Notes: generated from the sequence alone by a model not told the origin. 64,000 nucleotides of DNA from Octopus vulgaris (GCA_951406725.2 OX597829.1:38440001-38504000); one strand, 5' to 3'; shown: positions 11,990 through 26,330, counted from the first letter of the stretch. A program made the numbers and translations.

Positions 11990-12447
11990 AAAAAATATAG
12001 ACTCCCTTTGGTCATGAATGACCATGGGATTGAACCTAGAAAATTCCCTTCTGAGGCACAAGTCCAAGCAAGGTTGTTTATGGAAGACCAGCAGTCACCC
12101 ATGCATATCAGCCTCTCCTCTCCATGAATGAATGACCATGAGATTCCGCCTAGAAAGCTCCCCTCCAAGGTACACGTCCAAGCAAGGTTGTTTATGGAAG
12201 ACCAGCAGTTGTCCGTGCATAACAGCCTCCCCTCCCCATTCCACCAATATTATCCAAGGGGAAGGCAAAGGCTGTTACAGCTTGGCACCAGTGACGTTGC
12301 AACTTATTTCTACAGCTGAGTGGACTGGAGCAACGTGAAGCAAAGTGTCTTGCTCAAGAACACAACAGACAGCCTGGTCCAGGAATCGAACTCACTACCT
12401 CATGATTGTGAACTCAATGCTCCAACCACTGAGTCATGCATCTTCAC
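11990..12447 (-). mobile_element. SINE family B-type with duplicated 3' block
   Basis: catgaatgaccatg..cctagaaa..caaggttgtttatggaagaccagcag present twice; related copy at 59628-59880 (+). Confidence 0.75.
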
Positions 12448-12731
12448 AATTGTGTCTTAAATAAGCACAAAGCCTGGAGATTGCTAATGGATGGGTTCAT
12501 TGATTATATCAATCTCAATATTTAATTAGTACTTTAATTTTATTGATTCCAGAAAGATGCAATACAAAGTTGAGTTTGGTGAAATTTAAACTCAGAACAT
12601 GAAGAACTGAAGTAATCATAGTAATGCATTTTCTCTGATGTTCTGGCATATCTGCAAATCCACTACCCTAATAATGGTAGGAACAATGAAAATACCAGTA
12701 ACAACCACAATGAAAATAATTCTTTCTATTG

Positions 12732-12895
12732 TAGATGCAGGAGTGGCTGTGTGATAAGTAGCTTGCTTACCAACCACATGGTTCTGGGTTCAGTCCCACT
12801 GTGTAGCACCTTGGGCAAATGTCTTCTACTATAGCCTCGGGCCAACCAAAGCCTTGTGAGTGGATTTGGTAGACGGAAACTGAAAGACACCCGTC

Positions 12896-12953
<58 letters not shown>

Positions 12954-12979
12954 GTTTCACATTTATGTGTTTACTCCGG

Positions 12980-13050
<71 letters not shown>

Positions 13051-13260
13051 GTGTGTGTGTGTATGTTTGTGTGTCTGTGTTTGTCCCCCCAACATCACTT
13101 GACAACTGATGCTGGTGTGTTTACGTCCCCGTAACTTACCGGTTTGGCAAAAGAAACTGACAGAATAAGTCCTGGGGTCGATTTCTTCGACTAAAGACGG
13201 TGCTCCAGCATGGCTACAGTAAAATGACTGAAACAAGTAAAAGAGTAAAGAGTAAAGAGA
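12732..13260 (+). mobile_element. SINE family A
   Basis: Same head, body and tail; expanded internal (TA)n. Confidence 0.9.
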
Positions 13261-13353
13261 GCACAACCTGAAATTTTAGGGGAGAGTGCTAATCAATTAC
13301 ATCAACCCCCAGTTCTCATCTGATACTTATATTATCAACTTTGAAAGAACAAA

Positions 13354-13611
<258 letters not shown>

Positions 13612-13617
13612 GGTATA

Positions 13618-13925
13618 GCTCTCATGGCTTCTGATCTTAACTGATTGGAAGAATTATCATGTACATTGTTTTGTCTTGGTATAAAAGATGGGTCATAGAA
13701 AATATTCTGCTCAATACCACAGATTTGCTTGTCAGTTGTTTGACCTTAACCAGTTGAGCATGTCCCTTAGTGGCTGACGATATGTGCATCTCTGATCACA
13801 AGCAGAAGTAGGGGGGGAGCATCATAGCCATGTGTTGAGAGGAATTCTTTGGGGTTTGGATAATTCACCTCTGGTAACATAGGTGTTTCGTTCAATATCC
13901 TTAAACAACCCTTATTCATGGACCA
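13618..13925. mobile_element. Family E partial copy (inverted relative to 6660-7727)
   Basis: Reverse complement of about 6885-7190. Confidence 0.8.
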
Positions 13926-15022
13926 TTTGAACACTTTCCATCATACCCAGCAAAATAAGCTGTGAATTTTCATCACATAATAATAGTAATAATAGTAATA
14001 ATAATAATAATAATTAATTCTTTTATTGGCCACAAGGGCTGACAAAAATTAATTAAAAACATGAAGGGACAAAACAGGACGAAAGGTTACAAAGGGTTTT
14101 ATCCATTTGTGAAAATTCCGTGTAAAAATGTGCAATAACAACAAAAATAAATAACAAATAGAACTCCCAGAAATGGGAGGCGTTTCGAAAGGTTACACGT
14201 GGAAAAACCCATAAAAGCCACGGGAGCCTGGTCAAATAATAATAATAATAATAATAAAAGAAAGAATATGCATGATAATCAACATAGCATGCCTTGGTGA
14301 CAACAGGATCAATGTGGAAGAATAAGAAAAAATAAACAACTATGACAATTTGAAGTGGGAAATACAACGGTTTATTAGGTAACTGATAAGAATTAGTAGC
14401 ATGGTAGCATAGGCAGCAGGTAGTAAGCCTGCTATACATGCAAGACTCTGGGAGCTCCAAGAGCTCCAATAAAGTGAAAATACTAATTCTTTCTACTATA
14501 GGCACAAGGGCCTAGAATTTATGGGGATGGGGGATAGTTGATCACATTGACATTGGTGCTCAATCAGTACTTAATTAATCAACCCTGAAAGGATAAAAAG
14601 CAAAGGGAAGCCCAGTGGCATCTGAACTCAGAAGAAATGCTGTTATGCCTTTTTTTTTTTTTTTGCCCAGGACATTGATGATTCTGCTAGCTTGCTTGCT
14701 GCCTTAAATTCCTTTAAATTCTGAGTTCAAATTATCTTTTGAAACATTGATATAATAAAGTACCAGTCAAGAACAAGGGTTGATTTAATATTTTCTATAA
14801 CACAACACAGATGCGAATGAAAATATATTAGAAGAGTAAGACTGCAACAATCACAACATCAACACTCTGAGCTACAATAGCAAAGACAAAACATGAAAAC
14901 AATAACTGTGGTCATGACAACGACTAAAAACTGTATAAGTAGCAGTAATATTACTATCAACAATAACAACAGCAGTGAAAATATCTGTAGTTGTTGCTGC
15001 TATTGCTGTTGCTGTTGCTGTT

Positions 15023-15388
15023 GAGCGAACGGTCTTTGTCCCAGAGCTCGCAAGATGGGAGAAGTCCGAAACGTGGTCCTTTGCTATTCGTAAGAGCCAC
15101 AGAAGAGAAAGCAGGTCAACCCCCAACACCGAGAGCATCGACGGATGGATGAATGCGCATCCAGGCTCAGCGGTTGCATAGGAAGTCGGGGACAAGAAAC
15201 AGGAAGAAAGGGTGAGAGAAAGTTGGAGCAAAAGAGTACAACAGGGGTCGCCCCCCCCCCTGCCGGAGCCTCGTGGAGCTTAAGGTGTTTTCACTCAATA
15301 AACACACACAACGCCCAGTCTGGGAATTGAAACCGCGATCCTCCGACTGCAAGTCCACTGCCCTATCCACTGGGCCATTGCGCCTCCA
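15023..15388 (-). mobile_element. SINE family B variant
   Basis: Reverse complement of 16534-16905. Confidence 0.85.
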
Positions 15389-16285
15389 CTGTTGTTGCTG
15401 CTGTTTATTACCCCAGATCAGCCTTGGCAGAGCAGCTCTATGATCAAAGACATTCCATCAAAGACCAACTCTTCTTGGTTTTAAAGGCAGTATAGTCATC
15501 ATCATCATCATCATTTAATGTCTGCTTTCCATGCTGGCATGGGTCAGATGGTTTTACTGAAAACTGGTAAGCTGGAGAGCTGCAACAGGTTCTAATCTGA
15601 TTTGGCAAGATTTCTACAGCTGGATGCCCTTCCTAACGCCAACCACCCCAAGAGTGTAGTGGGTGCTTTTTATGTGCCATTGATGTGACACCTGCATCAG
15701 CCATGACTATGATCTCACTTGCCTTGACAGGTCTACACAAGAATGGTATATCACCAAAGGTCTCAGTCACCTGTCACTGCCTTCGTGAGGCCCAACACTT
15801 GAATGGTGCTCTTTACATGCCACCAGCATAGGTGCCAGTCAGACAGCACTGGTATCGGCTACGGTTATGATTTCACTTGGGTGGACAGGTCTTCTCAAGC
15901 ACTGCAAGAAAGTAGTGTGTTTGTGTATATACTTGTCTAGACATCACATGATTGTTAATGAGTATCTCTGTAACGCAAGTAAAGTTGTTGATTTCCAGTC
16001 TTCTATGTAAAACATGGGAAAATATTACCTTGCATAGAAACAGGTGAGGTCTGGTGACAGGAAGGGCGTCCAGTCATAAAAAAATCTGACTCAACAAATA
16101 CATTCCGACCGATGCAAGCATGGGAAAGCAGACATTAGAGTATTGATGATGCAAAAAGTTAGGATGGTCTTTGTTGTAATGTCTTCAATCATAGGTCTGC
16201 TGGATCAGAGCAGAATTCAGTTTAAAGAACAAGTAACATCTACAATGTCAGCAGAAAGAATGGCAGCAGTAACAGCAGCAGCAGC

Positions 16286-17135
16286 AGCAGCAAGAATTTG
16301 GACCTGGAGAATACCATTCAAGAATTTGGACCTAGAGATCTCCATTTCCAGTGACTTCGAGGGCCACCTCCCAGTGGTGTCGGGCATCAACGAAGAGCCC
16401 TCGACTACAACAAGACGACCAAAGTATTTTTTTTCACGGTCTGGGTCTCCTGCCCCTAAGCCCTAGACCATCACCTAATCACCCTTACCCATCTTGTTGC
16501 TTAACAGCAATAACAACAACAGCAGCAACAACAGGAGGTGCAATGGGCCAGTGGTTAGGGCAACGTACTCATGGTCGGAGGATCGCGGTTTTGATTCCCA
16601 GACCGGGCATTGTGTGTGTTTATTGAGCAAAAACACCTAAAGCTCCATGAGGCTCCGGCAGGGGTTGGTGGCGACCCTTGTTGTACTCTTTCGCTCCAAT
16701 TTTCTCTCTCACTCTTTCCTCCTGTTCCTTGTCCCCGACTTCCTACGCAACCGCTGAGCCTGGATGCATATTCATCCATCCATCGATGCTCTCAGTATCG
16801 GGGGTTGACCTGCTTTCTCTTCTGCGGGTCTTACGAATAGCGAAGGACCACATTTCAGACTTCTCCCATCTCGCGAGCTCTGGGATGTAGACCATTCACT
16901 CAACAGCAACAGCAACAGCAGCAAGAATTTGGACCTGGAGAATGCCGTTTAAGAATTTGGGCCTGGAGATCTCCATTTCCAGCGACTTTGAGGGCCACCT
17001 CCCAGTAGTGTTGGGCGTCAACAAAGAGCCCTCGACTACAAGAGAACCAAAGTTTCTTTTTTTTTCCAAGGTCTGGGGTCTTCTATCCCTAAGCCCTAGA
17101 CCGTCACCTAATCACCCTTATCCGTCTTGTTGCTT
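16286..17135 (+). repeat. ~220-bp direct repeats (16286-16505, 16917-17135) flanking a family B SINE
   Basis: gcaagaatttggacctggagaat...catcttgttgcttaaca present twice, diverged, in a (CAG/CAA)n context. Confidence 0.85.
16534..16905 (+). mobile_element. SINE family B variant
   Basis: Head ggaggtgcaatgggccagtggttagggc; (CAA/CAG)n tail. Confidence 0.85.
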
Positions 17136-17539
17136 AACAACAACAACAACAACAACAACAACAGTAGCAGCAGCAACAACAACAACAAAAACAACAACAG
17201 CAACAACAACAGCAGCAGCAGCAGCAACAACAACAACCACAACATCAACAACAATTATGTTTAATATAGGCACATGGCCAGAAATTTGGTGGGAGGGAGT
17301 TAGTTGGTTAAATTAACCCTAGTATATAACTGGTACCTTATATGTGGGAAGGATGATAGGAAAGAATGACAGAGAGAGAGAGAGAGTTTATCTTAGTAGG
17401 ATCTGAATTCAGATAATACAGAATCACAATCAAATACCACAAGGCATTTTGTCTGATTCATTAACGATTCATTCTATCAATCCAGACACCTAACACCGAC
17501 AACTGTCAAATCACTAACAATAACAGCAATAACATTGCT

Positions 17540-17579
<40 letters not shown>

Positions 17580-17728
17580 GTAAAAGCTAGAAAAATGGTA
17601 ATGATAACGAGAATAATAGGAAAAGGAATAACAACAGTAATAACATGATCAAGAGTGATGACAACAACTGCAGCAGCAGCAGCAGCATTGGCAACAATAT
17701 AAACAAAAGCCGCAGCATCAGTAGCGGA

Positions 17729-17775
<47 letters not shown>

Positions 17776-17949
17776 CAGCAGCAGTAGTAGTAGTAGTAGC
17801 TGTAGAGCAGCAGTGACAAGAGTGACAGAGCAACTGCAATAAAAGAGCAGCGATAGCATCAGGAGAGCCAACAACGATAATGTCATCACCACCACCACCA
17901 CCACCACCACCAACGACATCAACAGCAACAACAACAACAACAACAACGC

Positions 17950-18840
17950 ATTGTCATCATTGTCTTTATCGTCATCATCATCATTGTTATCGTCATCATC
18001 ATCACCACAGCCACCATCAGTATCACCACCACCACCACCACCACCACCATCATCATCATTGTCATCATAATCATTGTCTATTTCATCATCATCGTCATCA
18101 TCATCACCACAGCCACCATCAGTAACACCACCACCACCACCACCATCATCATTGTCATCATAATCGTTGTCTTTATCATCATCATTGTCTATATCATCAT
18201 CATTGTTATCGTCATCATCATCACCACAGCCACCATCAGTAACACCACCACCACCACCACCATCATCATTGTCATCATAATCGTTGTCTTTATCATCATT
18301 GTCTTTATCATCATCATCATCATTGTTATCATCATCATCATCACCACAGCCACCATCAGTATCACCACCACCACCACCACCATCATCATCATTGTCATCA
18401 TAATCATTGTCTTTATCATCATCATCATCATTGTTATCGTCATCATCATCACCACAGCCACCATCAGTATCATCACCACCACCACCACCACCACCATCAT
18501 CATCATTGTCATCATAATCATTGTCTTTATCATCATCATTGTTATCGTCATCATCATCACCACAGCCACCATCAGTATCACCACCACCACCACCACCACC
18601 ATCATAATCATTGTCATCATCATCGTTGTCATCATCATCATCATCATTGTTATCGTCGTCATCATCACCACGGCCACCATCAGTATCACCACCACCACCA
18701 CCACCACCCATCATCATTGTCATCATAATCATTGTCTTTATCATCATCGTTGTCATCATCATCATCATCATTGTTATCGTCGTCATCATCACCACGGCCA
18801 CCATCAGTATCACCACCACCACCACCACCACCACCATCAC
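17950..18840. repeat. Compound minisatellite (~102-124-bp units built from CAT/CAC triplets), about 8 units
   Basis: Marker caccac(a/g)gccaccatcagta at 18003, 18105, 18222, 18342, 18450, 18558, 18666 and 18790. Confidence 0.9.
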
Positions 18841-19137
18841 TACCATCACCAGTGTTGTCGTCATCATCATCATCATCATTGCCTTTATCATCATCATTGT
18901 GATCATTGTGATCATTATCATTGTCGTCATCTCTAAAACCACCACCACCACCACCACCACCACTACCAACACCAGTGTTGTCGTCATCATCATCATCATC
19001 ATTGCCTTTATCATCATCATTATGTCATCATCATCATTGCCATCATCTCTAAAACCACCACCACCACCACCAGCAGCAGCACCACCACCACCAACATCAT
19101 CATTATCATCATCATTGTCATCATCGTTGTCACCAAC

Positions 19138-19174
<37 letters not shown>

Positions 19175-19456
19175 CCACCACCTTCTTGTTCCTCCTCCTT
19201 CTTTTCACCATCATCATCTTCATCATTGTCATTTCATTGTAGTTGTTGTCGTTGTTGTCTTGAACATCACTGTTATCATCACCACCACCACCACCACCAC
19301 CACCACCACCACCACCACCACCACCACCACCACCACCACCCTCACCACAACCGTTCTTACTATCAATCAATGATCCATCAACATCACAGCTGCCTGTTGC
19401 CACCATCACCATCACTTGCTCCATCACCACTGACAGGACTGTTTCCACCACAAGCA

Positions 19457-19497
<41 letters not shown>

Positions 19498-19862
19498 TAA
19501 CATCAAGTGTGATAATGTTGGTGGTTGAAGGATGGGAGGGGTTGGAAATTTGAGCAATTCATGTAGAAGATGGAGCAACCCCTGACAAGCTTTCTTTGCT
19601 GGTGTGTAAGGGAATGAATTAGTGTGTGTGTGTGTGCATGAGAGGGAGAGCGAGACAGAGAGAGAGTGACAAAGTGAATGACAGAATAAGTGCGAGTGAA
19701 TGTATGACCGTTCTGAGTGTAAGCCAACACGGGTTGGTGTGAAAGAGAGCGCATGAGTGTGAGTGGAGTGTGAGTGGAGAAGTGTGTGAGTGGAGAAGAG
19801 TGTGAGTGAGAAAATAAGAGATTGAATGACTGAGTGTGCAACAAAATGGGCAGGAGTATGGC

Positions 19863-19908
<46 letters not shown>

Positions 19909-20227
19909 TGTGCATGTGCATGTGTGTGTGTGTGTGTTTGTGTGTGTATGTTTGTGCGAACGTGTATGTGAAGTGAAGTAAAAAAAATAACTCTGGAGAA
20001 ATAATGATAAAAGCAAATGAGATACAAAAACAAAAACAAATGAAAAACAACACATGCACACAAACAAAAACAGGCATGCGCACGCACACACACATACATC
20101 CATATATCTGTGTGCGTGCCTGTGTGTCTGTGTGTATGTGTGGTATGACAGCATGCGCACGTGCGTGTTTGGTTTGTAAATATATATGTCTGTGTGGTGT
20201 CTGTCTATGTTTTCACGTTTGTCTTCT

Positions 20228-20269
<42 letters not shown>

Positions 20270-20346
20270 TATATACACACAGAGACTGTTTTATATTTAT
20301 ATATATATACTCTCTAACACACACACACACACACATATGTATGTAT

Positions 20347-20377
<31 letters not shown>

Positions 20378-20457
20378 TATATGTAAGTATATGTATTTAC
20401 ATGTATATGTATATGTGTGTGTATATATATATATACACACACACATATGTATACATA

Positions 20458-20501
<44 letters not shown>

Positions 20502-20541
20502 AGTATATGTATTTACATGTATATGTATATGTGTGTGTATA

Positions 20542-20609
<68 letters not shown>

Positions 20610-20985
20610 TATACATACATACACCCACACACAGATAAAGTGTGGGGATTTATATGGCAGCAACAGCAGCAATAGCAGAGTCAGTTCTATCTATAATAGG
20701 CAACATCACAATTCTGCTGGCAGCTTAAATCTTCTTTGGTTATTGATTTATTGAACTGTTCAGTCATTGGATTTATTTGTAAAATTTTTGTTCATCTTTT
20801 GAGGGTTGAGCTAAAAGAAAGGAAGGGTGGCGTGCTGCCTTCAATTCTATTATTATTTCTATCATGCACGCGCACATGCATGCACTATTATGCACACACA
20901 TATATCATTATCATCGTCATCATCATCATCATCATCATCACCATTATGACCTTTTAACATGGGCTGGACCTGTATATATGTATAT

Positions 20986-21044
<59 letters not shown>

Positions 21045-21064
21045 CATAGATATATACATGCACT

Positions 21065-21117
<53 letters not shown>

Positions 21118-21305
21118 ATATATATGTATGTATATATATATATACTCACACATAGACCCACACTTGTTTATGTTTGCATTTTATTTTTGTATAGCCTTTT
21201 CTCTATACTTGATTTAAAGAATAAAACAATCAGTTTTGTAATGTGTCTCCTGTAGCATCACCCATCCAGACTATTGCAATAAAAGACTTAATAATAATAA
21301 TGATA

Positions 21306-21404
<99 letters not shown>

Positions 21405-21461
21405 AAGAAGAAGAAGAAGAAGAAGAAGAAGAAGAAGAAGAAGAAGAAGAAGAAGAAGAAG

Positions 21462-21780
21462 ACCAGATAATAATAAGATGCGACATTGTTGTGGTAGATA
21501 AAAAGGAAAAGAAAACTAAAATTATAAATATTGCCATACCTGGGAATGCATTTTCAGGTAAGAAACAACTGGAAAGAGGTGGGAAAACACAAGTCACTAA
21601 AAGACAAAAGTGCAAGAATATGGGTCATGAGGAGGATAACTGTTATCCCAGCAGTTGTAAGGGCACTTGGAGCACTAACAATGAAGTCTGGGAGAAATAT
21701 GTCTGAGAAATTGGAATTCACATGAGGGTAGAATATGCTCAGAAAACTATTGTATTGGGGACATGTGTATATACTTAGAT
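21462..21780 (+). mobile_element. R4/Dong-like RLE 3' fragment
   Basis: RPD..DIVVVDKKEKKTKIINIAIPG, VIPAVVRALGAL; preceded by (AAT)n(AAG)n. Confidence 0.7.
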
Positions 21781-21821
21781 ATTTACATTTACAAACATAA
21801 ACACAAACGGCCAGAACAGCC

Positions 21822-21849
21822 AGATAGACAGACAGATAGATAGATAGAT

Positions 21850-21904
<55 letters not shown>

Positions 21905-22014
21905 AAGATAGTGAGACAAACAGACAGACAGACATGACTAATAGACAGACAAATAGATAGATGATAGACAGACAGACTGACTGACTGACTGACTGACAGA
22001 CAGACAGACAGACA

Positions 22015-22047
<33 letters not shown>

Positions 22048-22072
22048 ACAGACATACAGACTGACAGCAGAC

Positions 22073-22135
<63 letters not shown>
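21822..22135. repeat. (GATA)n/(GACA)n/(GGCA)n compound tetranucleotide microsatellite
   Basis: Direct inspection. Confidence 0.95.
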
Positions 22136-22136
<1 letters not shown>

Positions 22137-22344
22137 TTTCACCACCACTACCATCACCACAAGTAGAAATATGGCAGTGACCATGGTCTACTATAGTAAT
22201 GAAAATATTGACACCTGATGTAATGAAAATATATATAGATTTTATGTATTTTTGAAGGACCAAAATAGTTCTCCCACAACATAAATGTGTCAATTTCACT
22301 ATATAGACTCAGATTAAGTCATTTACTATAGAAGAATGAGTCTA

Positions 22345-22382
<38 letters not shown>

Positions 22383-22385
22383 ATG

Positions 22386-22419
<34 letters not shown>

Positions 22420-22499
22420 GTATGTATGTATGTATGTATGTATGTATGTATGTATGTATGTATGTAGGTATGTATGTATGTATGAATGTGTATGTGAGC

Positions 22500-22800
22500 A
22501 TGCATTCCTCACTGTGTGTCCCAGGGAAGATCTCTGAACACCTCCTTGATCTTGGCCACAAGCTAGGCCTTGGCGCTGCAGACAGTGTCTTTCTCTCAAC
22601 TGCATCTCTGACACAATAATCCACGAAATTGCAACCAGAGGCATTACGACGCTGGAAATTAGGGCTGGTGAAGCTGTAGAAATTCTGTGGCAATCACTTC
22701 TGACTCTTTCCAGAGGTGTGGCAAGGAGCTGAATCCTGCTGCCACACATACAGCCTCCCATTGGCATCTCTCCCCAACATAAGTTTGACCACAGTCTCCA
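22500..22800 (-). mobile_element. Tc1/mariner-superfamily transposase C-terminal fragment
   Basis: Minus strand encodes YVWQQDSAPCHTSGKSQK*LPQNFYSFTSPNF...CNFVDYCVRDAVER (QQDxAPxH and WPPNSPDLNP-like region, degenerate). Confidence 0.7.
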
Positions 22801-23254
22801 GAAGCCTCAGTTTTTTTTAAGTGAAAATATAACACAAGTTTTAAACACAAAGCGATTTATTCAATCAAAGATGTAGATATATATAATTACCATTTCATTT
22901 CAGTATCTTCTGTAATCTTGGAGCCAAATCTGTTATTCCCTGCTCAAATAATTTTCTGTCTTTACTGGCAAAAAAAACTCTTTCAGATGAATTTATATAT
23001 CCGCTTCAGAGTTGAAATTCTTATTTCTTTACTGCCCACAAGAGACTACACACAGAGGGGACAAACAAGGATAGACAAACGGATTAAGTCAATGTATATC
23101 GACCCCAGTGCGTAACTGGTACTTATTTAATCGACCCTGAAAGGATGAAAGGCAAAGTCGACCTCGGCAGAATTTGAACTCAGAACGTAGCGGCAGACAA
23201 AATACCGCAAAGCGTTTCGCTCAGCGCACTAGCATTTCTGCCAGCTCACCATTC

Positions 23255-24450
23255 AGTGTCATTCAATGAATTTTGAAGCAACTGAAGCAGGTGGAAATCT
23301 GAAAGTGCAAAATCAGACAAATATGGAGCATGTAGTAAATGTTCTTGGCCAAGCACTGCAAAGAAGTGTATGGTCTGGCATGTCAGAATGAAAGACAATG
23401 CCTTATGATTTGCAAGTACTGGATGTTTCTAGTTGATTGTTGCATGTAATTTGTCTAGCTGGTCACAGTATACATTCAAATTGGTGGCATTGTTTGTGAA
23501 AAGAAGCTTGTAAAAGACAACACTCTTCCAATTCCACCAAATTGGAAGCTTAGCCTTCTTTGGGTAAAATCCTTCTGTGGAGGTTGTCGTTTATAGAGGT
23601 TTGCTGTGGAGGTTGTTAATAGTGGTTTTCAACACTCAATTTGGATATTTGGGAAATATCTGCGATCATTCTGGTCACACAACGGGGGTTGCTTAACCCT
23701 TTAGCATTTAAATTAGCATATCTGGCCCAAATATTCTTCCTGTTTTATGTTCAAACTAGCCAGAGCTGGCTACCCTACAATGTCATTCTAAAAATGAACA
23801 ATCACATCATTGAAATCTCAAAGCCACAAGACCATGCATGGGTAATTTAAAATAATGTTGCTAGGCTTAACTCATTGTAAAGTAGATACTGTCATGAGTG
23901 ATATCCAGATTACAGTGGAGAAGACAAGCCAGTGGATTTGGTTAAGAAGAGACGATGAGCAAATGATAGAAGAATATTGAGTGAAACCTAATAACCAGTT
24001 GATCTAGTAAGCAGGGCCTCATTTCAGTGAGGAGGGGGTGGGGTGATGTGCAATGACGCTGTCAAGAGGAAGGCCGCAAAAATGATGTGCATTCTCTCCT
24101 GATGACCTCATAAGCTTGCTAGCATCTGGTATGAGAAACCTTTAACTGTTATCACTTGCAACTTCAAGGTGTTTGCAAGAAATCTAAGTAATCTGAATGC
24201 TAATTAGTTTAATCTTACCTGACTAACGAGAGTGAGAGGTGTAGCTTGAACTGAAAAGTTTCCTAATTGAAATCTTGAAAACCACTTCTGGCACACACAT
24301 TCTTTCCATACTCAGTGATTATCTACCTGCAGGTTACCACTGCTATCTTATCTTTTTCAAAATGGAAAAGCATTAGATGTTAATTGCGTTTGTGTTAGTT
24401 CTCCAATTGAAGGATAATTAAATACAACCTGTCTTATTGCATGTTTTATA
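23255..24450 (-). mobile_element. Decayed mariner transposase remnant
   Basis: Minus strand: ECVCQKWFSRFQLGNFS, KKAKLPIWWNWKSVVFYKLL..VYCDQLDKL, APYLSDFALSDFHLLQLLQNSL (YSPDLAPSD-like). Confidence 0.65.
23697..23866. mobile_element. piggyBac-type MITE nested in the mariner remnant
   Basis: TTAA|CCCTTTAGCATT ... AATGTTGCTAGGC|TTAA. Confidence 0.45.
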
Positions 24451-24857
24451 TTGAACTACATACATTGAAGTGCCAAATATCTAATGAGTGTGCATGCACA
24501 AAGGGCGCACTGTAGTTAGTTACATCCCCCCATAACTTAGCAGTTCAGCAGAACAGACCAACAGAATAAGTACCACGTTTTAAAAAAATAAACACTAGAA
24601 TCAATTCATTTGACGTAAGTTCTGGGTAGTGCTCCAGCATGACCACAGTCTAATGACTTAAGCAAGAAACAAAGTACAGAAGATAATGTGTGTGCATGTG
24701 TGTGTGTGCGTGTGTGTGTGTGTGTATTTATATGTTTATGTGCATAAACATAAAGCAGTTTAATAAGAATTAAATTAACTTTTTTCAAAGGTAGGTAATC
24801 TAATTTTAGATAATTAGGGATGTGTATTCATTTTAAATAATATAATATAATGTATAC

Positions 24858-24917
<60 letters not shown>

Positions 24918-25529
24918 ATATGTATATATATATATATATATACATCCATAACTACACATGCACAACCATTTATACGTATCTATCTATCTATTTATACACA
25001 CACACGCATATCACTCTTTTGCTCTTACCCTCATGATATATATATATCATCATCATCATCATTTAACATCCGCTTTCCATGCTGGCTTGGGTTGGACAGT
25101 TTGACTAGGCTGGCACTCTGGAAGGCTGCATCAGACTCCAGTGTGATTTGGCATGGTTTCTACAGCTGGATACCCTTTACTAAGTCCAACCACTCTGAGA
25201 GTGTATTGGGTGCTATTACGTGCCACCAGCATGGGTGCCAGTTGCATGACTACAATTTCATTTGGCTTGATGGGTTTTTCTACACAAGCACAGCATAGTG
25301 CTGAAGGTCTCAATCATTTGTTATTGCCTCCATGAGGCCCAATCCTCGAATTGTGCATTTTATGTGCCACCGGCACAGGTGCTAGTTATGTGACACCAGC
25401 AAGAGCCACATGACACTAGCATTGGCCACAACTCCGGTTTCACTTTGCTTGATGGGTCTTCTCAAGCATAGTATATTCCCAAAGGACTTTGTCACTAATC
25501 ATTGCCTCCATGGGGCTCAATGATTGAAA

Positions 25530-26017
25530 ATCATGCTTCACCACCTTGTTCCATGTCTTCCTGAGTCTACCTCTTCCACAGGTTCCCTCCACAGTTAGAG
25601 ATCAACACTTCTTTACACAGCTGTTCTCGTCCATATGCATCACATAACCATACCAGTGCAGTCATCTCTCTTGCATACCATATCTGATGCCTTTTATGCC
25701 CAACTTTTCTCTTGAGACGTTATTACTCTGTTGTACATGCACACTGATATTGTACATCCAGTAAAGCCTGCTAGCTTCATTACATTCAAGCCTACGCATG
25801 TCTCACCAGTCAGAGCTCATGTTCCCCTGCTGTATAGCATAGCTGTTCATACACAGTCATCATGCAGTCAGCTTTTCACTCTGAGGAAGAGGCCCTTCGT
25901 TACCAACAGAGGTAGATGTCTGAACTTTGCTCAGCCTATTCTTATTCATGCAACTATGCTCTCAGTACATTCACCTCTGCTACTGACTTGGTCACCTAGA
26001 TAATAGAGGCTATCAAC
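25530..26017 (-). mobile_element. RTE-clade LINE 3' coding fragment
   Basis: Reverse complement of the same element as 49120-49600 (WYGYVM.MDENSCVKKC..VEG..GRGR.RKTW). Confidence 0.75.
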
Positions 26018-26028
26018 TACCTCTAGCT

Positions 26029-26330
26029 AGTGGAGGCACATGGCCTAGTGGTTAGAGCAGCGGAGTCGCAGTCGAGGGATCGCGAGTTTGAATTTCAGAC
26101 CGGCTGATGTGTGTGTTTATGAGCGAAACACCTAAGCTCCATGCAACTCCAGCAGAAGGTAATGGCATACTTCTGCTGACTCTTTCACCACAACTTTTTC
26201 TCACTCTTTCCTCCTGCATCTTGCAGCCCACCTGCGACGGACTGGCGTCCTGTCCAGGTGGGGAACCTATACGCCAAGGAAACTGGGAAACTGGCCCTTA
26301 TGAGCCAGGCATGGCTCGAGAAGGAATACA
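26029..26330 (+). mobile_element. SINE family B with 11-bp target-site duplication
   Basis: TACCTCTAGCT at 26018-26028 and 26331-26341. Confidence 0.9.
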
